Below are positions 56,252 through 56,931 of a stretch of DNA of 56,931 nt, piece after piece. The notes beneath the pieces were generated by a model. The model made no database searches. It was not told the origin of the DNA and saw nothing but the letters and a program-made list of their open reading frames with translations. Every line of letters starts with the position of its first letter. Positions within the stretch are counted from its first letter, which is position 1. This stretch comes from a virus (lineage: Duplodnaviria; Caudoviricetes). A program made the translations under genes and the position numbers. The stretch is from positions 1 through 56,931 of the IMG/VR virus record IMGVR_UViG_3300030012_002328. One strand, written 5' to 3'.

Positions 56252-56384
56252 AGGTTGGTGTCGCCTGATTGATTAGGAAACTAATTTGTCGGGCGATGCT
56301 CCTCTCATTCTCTTTAGCCAAAACTTTTACTTTTTCGTAAGCGTCAATCGGAAGTGCGACGCTTTTCCATTTTTGAGTATCCAT
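56208..56384 (-). CDS. Arc/RHH-like DNA-binding protein
   Basis: MDTQKWKSVAL..YEKVKVLAKENERSIARQI; GAGG RBS. Confidence 0.7.
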   Translation of the reverse strand: MDTQKWKSVALPIDAYEKVKVLAKENERSIARQISFLINQATPTSIVNDGQDTRHHRT

Positions 56385-56388
56385 GTCT

Positions 56389-56931
56389 TTACCTCTTGAG
56401 GTTGAGCCATTGGCGCATTTCCTCCCCGAGTGCGGCACCAGCAAGTTTTATCTTATTCTGTAGCGTCCGAACAATGTGCTCATCGACAGTTCCTTCTGTG
56501 ATGAGGTCTACGTACGTTACATTGTGCGTCTGACCAATCCGGTGACAACGGTCTTCCGATTGGACTCGGGTCTCTAAGTTAAAGTCATTTGAGAAGTACA
56601 AGACATTGTGCGCGGCGGTGAGCGTGAGCCCATAGCCAGCGGTTTGCGGGTTGCCAACAAAGAACCGAGTTTCGTGGTCCGGGTCTTGGAAGTTCACGAC
56701 CAAAGCCTCGCGGTCTTCGTCGCTTGTGTCCCCGTAATATGCACCCACGGAGTTGTCTCCGTAGTCTTTCCGCAGACGTTCTACGATCTGCTCGATGTCG
56801 CGGCGGAACCGCGCCCATATAATTACCTTGCCGGTCATCTCTTCGATAGCTTCGGCCATCGCATCGAGTCGGCGGGTGGGTATCTCTTTGATGCCATCGT
56901 CTGTTGGAATGTAACCGCACAGGATTTGCTG
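56389..56931 (-). CDS. SNF2-family helicase, 3' part
   Basis: KVIIWARF, AGYGLTLTAA, QSEDRCHRIGQ (motif VI). Confidence 0.92.
   Translation of the reverse strand, partial: QQILCGYIPTDDGIKEIPTRRLDAMAEAIEEMTGKVIIWARFRRDIEQIVERLRKDYGDNSVGAYYGDTSDEDREALVVNFQDPDHETRFFVGNPQTAGYGLTLTAAHNVLYFSNDFNLETRVQSEDRCHRIGQTHNVTYVDLITEGTVDEHIVRTLQNKIKLAGAALGEEMRQWLNLKR
56831..56931. repeat. Terminal overlap, copy 2
   Basis: Matches 1-101 with one mismatch. Confidence 0.97.

Noticed and set aside
1-56931. tRNA genes, integrase/repressor lysogeny module, alternative genetic code
   Set aside because: No cloverleaf or recombinase motifs seen by eye; the standard code gives dense, intact genes using all three stops.

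Overview
The window is an apparently complete, circularly closed genome (about 56.83 kb) of a lytic, podovirus-like tailed phage. Bases 1-101 recur at 56831-56931 with one synonymous mismatch, and an SNF2 helicase gene reads in frame across the join. Modules: (1) replication on the + strand (1.2-7.7 kb: SSB-like protein, AEP primase, UvrD-type helicase, Leu762 family-A polymerase) diverging from the SNF2 helicase; (2) a long minus-strand late arm (8.6-46.8 kb: exported-protein cassette, PD-(D/E)XK nuclease, M15 endolysin, internal virion proteins, tail, major capsid, scaffold, GroES, holin-like genes, portal, TerL); (3) an early island of modular promoter-gene-terminator cassettes with heptamer repeats (46.9-50.2 kb); (4) TerS with an adjacent repeat cluster; (5) small early/middle genes (methyltransferase, DnaA-domain-IV protein, SleB hydrolase, RHH proteins). 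Gene content resembles marine HTVC023P-like podophages with an alphaproteobacterial host; this is inference, no search was run. No integrase, tRNA or CRISPR was seen. The most interesting signals are a promoter-linked small RNA whose loop mimics the 16S anti-Shine-Dalgarno tail, a Gly-X-Y fibre gene clustered with a prolyl-hydroxylase-like enzyme, the repeat-delimited early cassettes with a DnaA-box-like operator, and a hidden nested peptide that copies the major capsid N-terminus.
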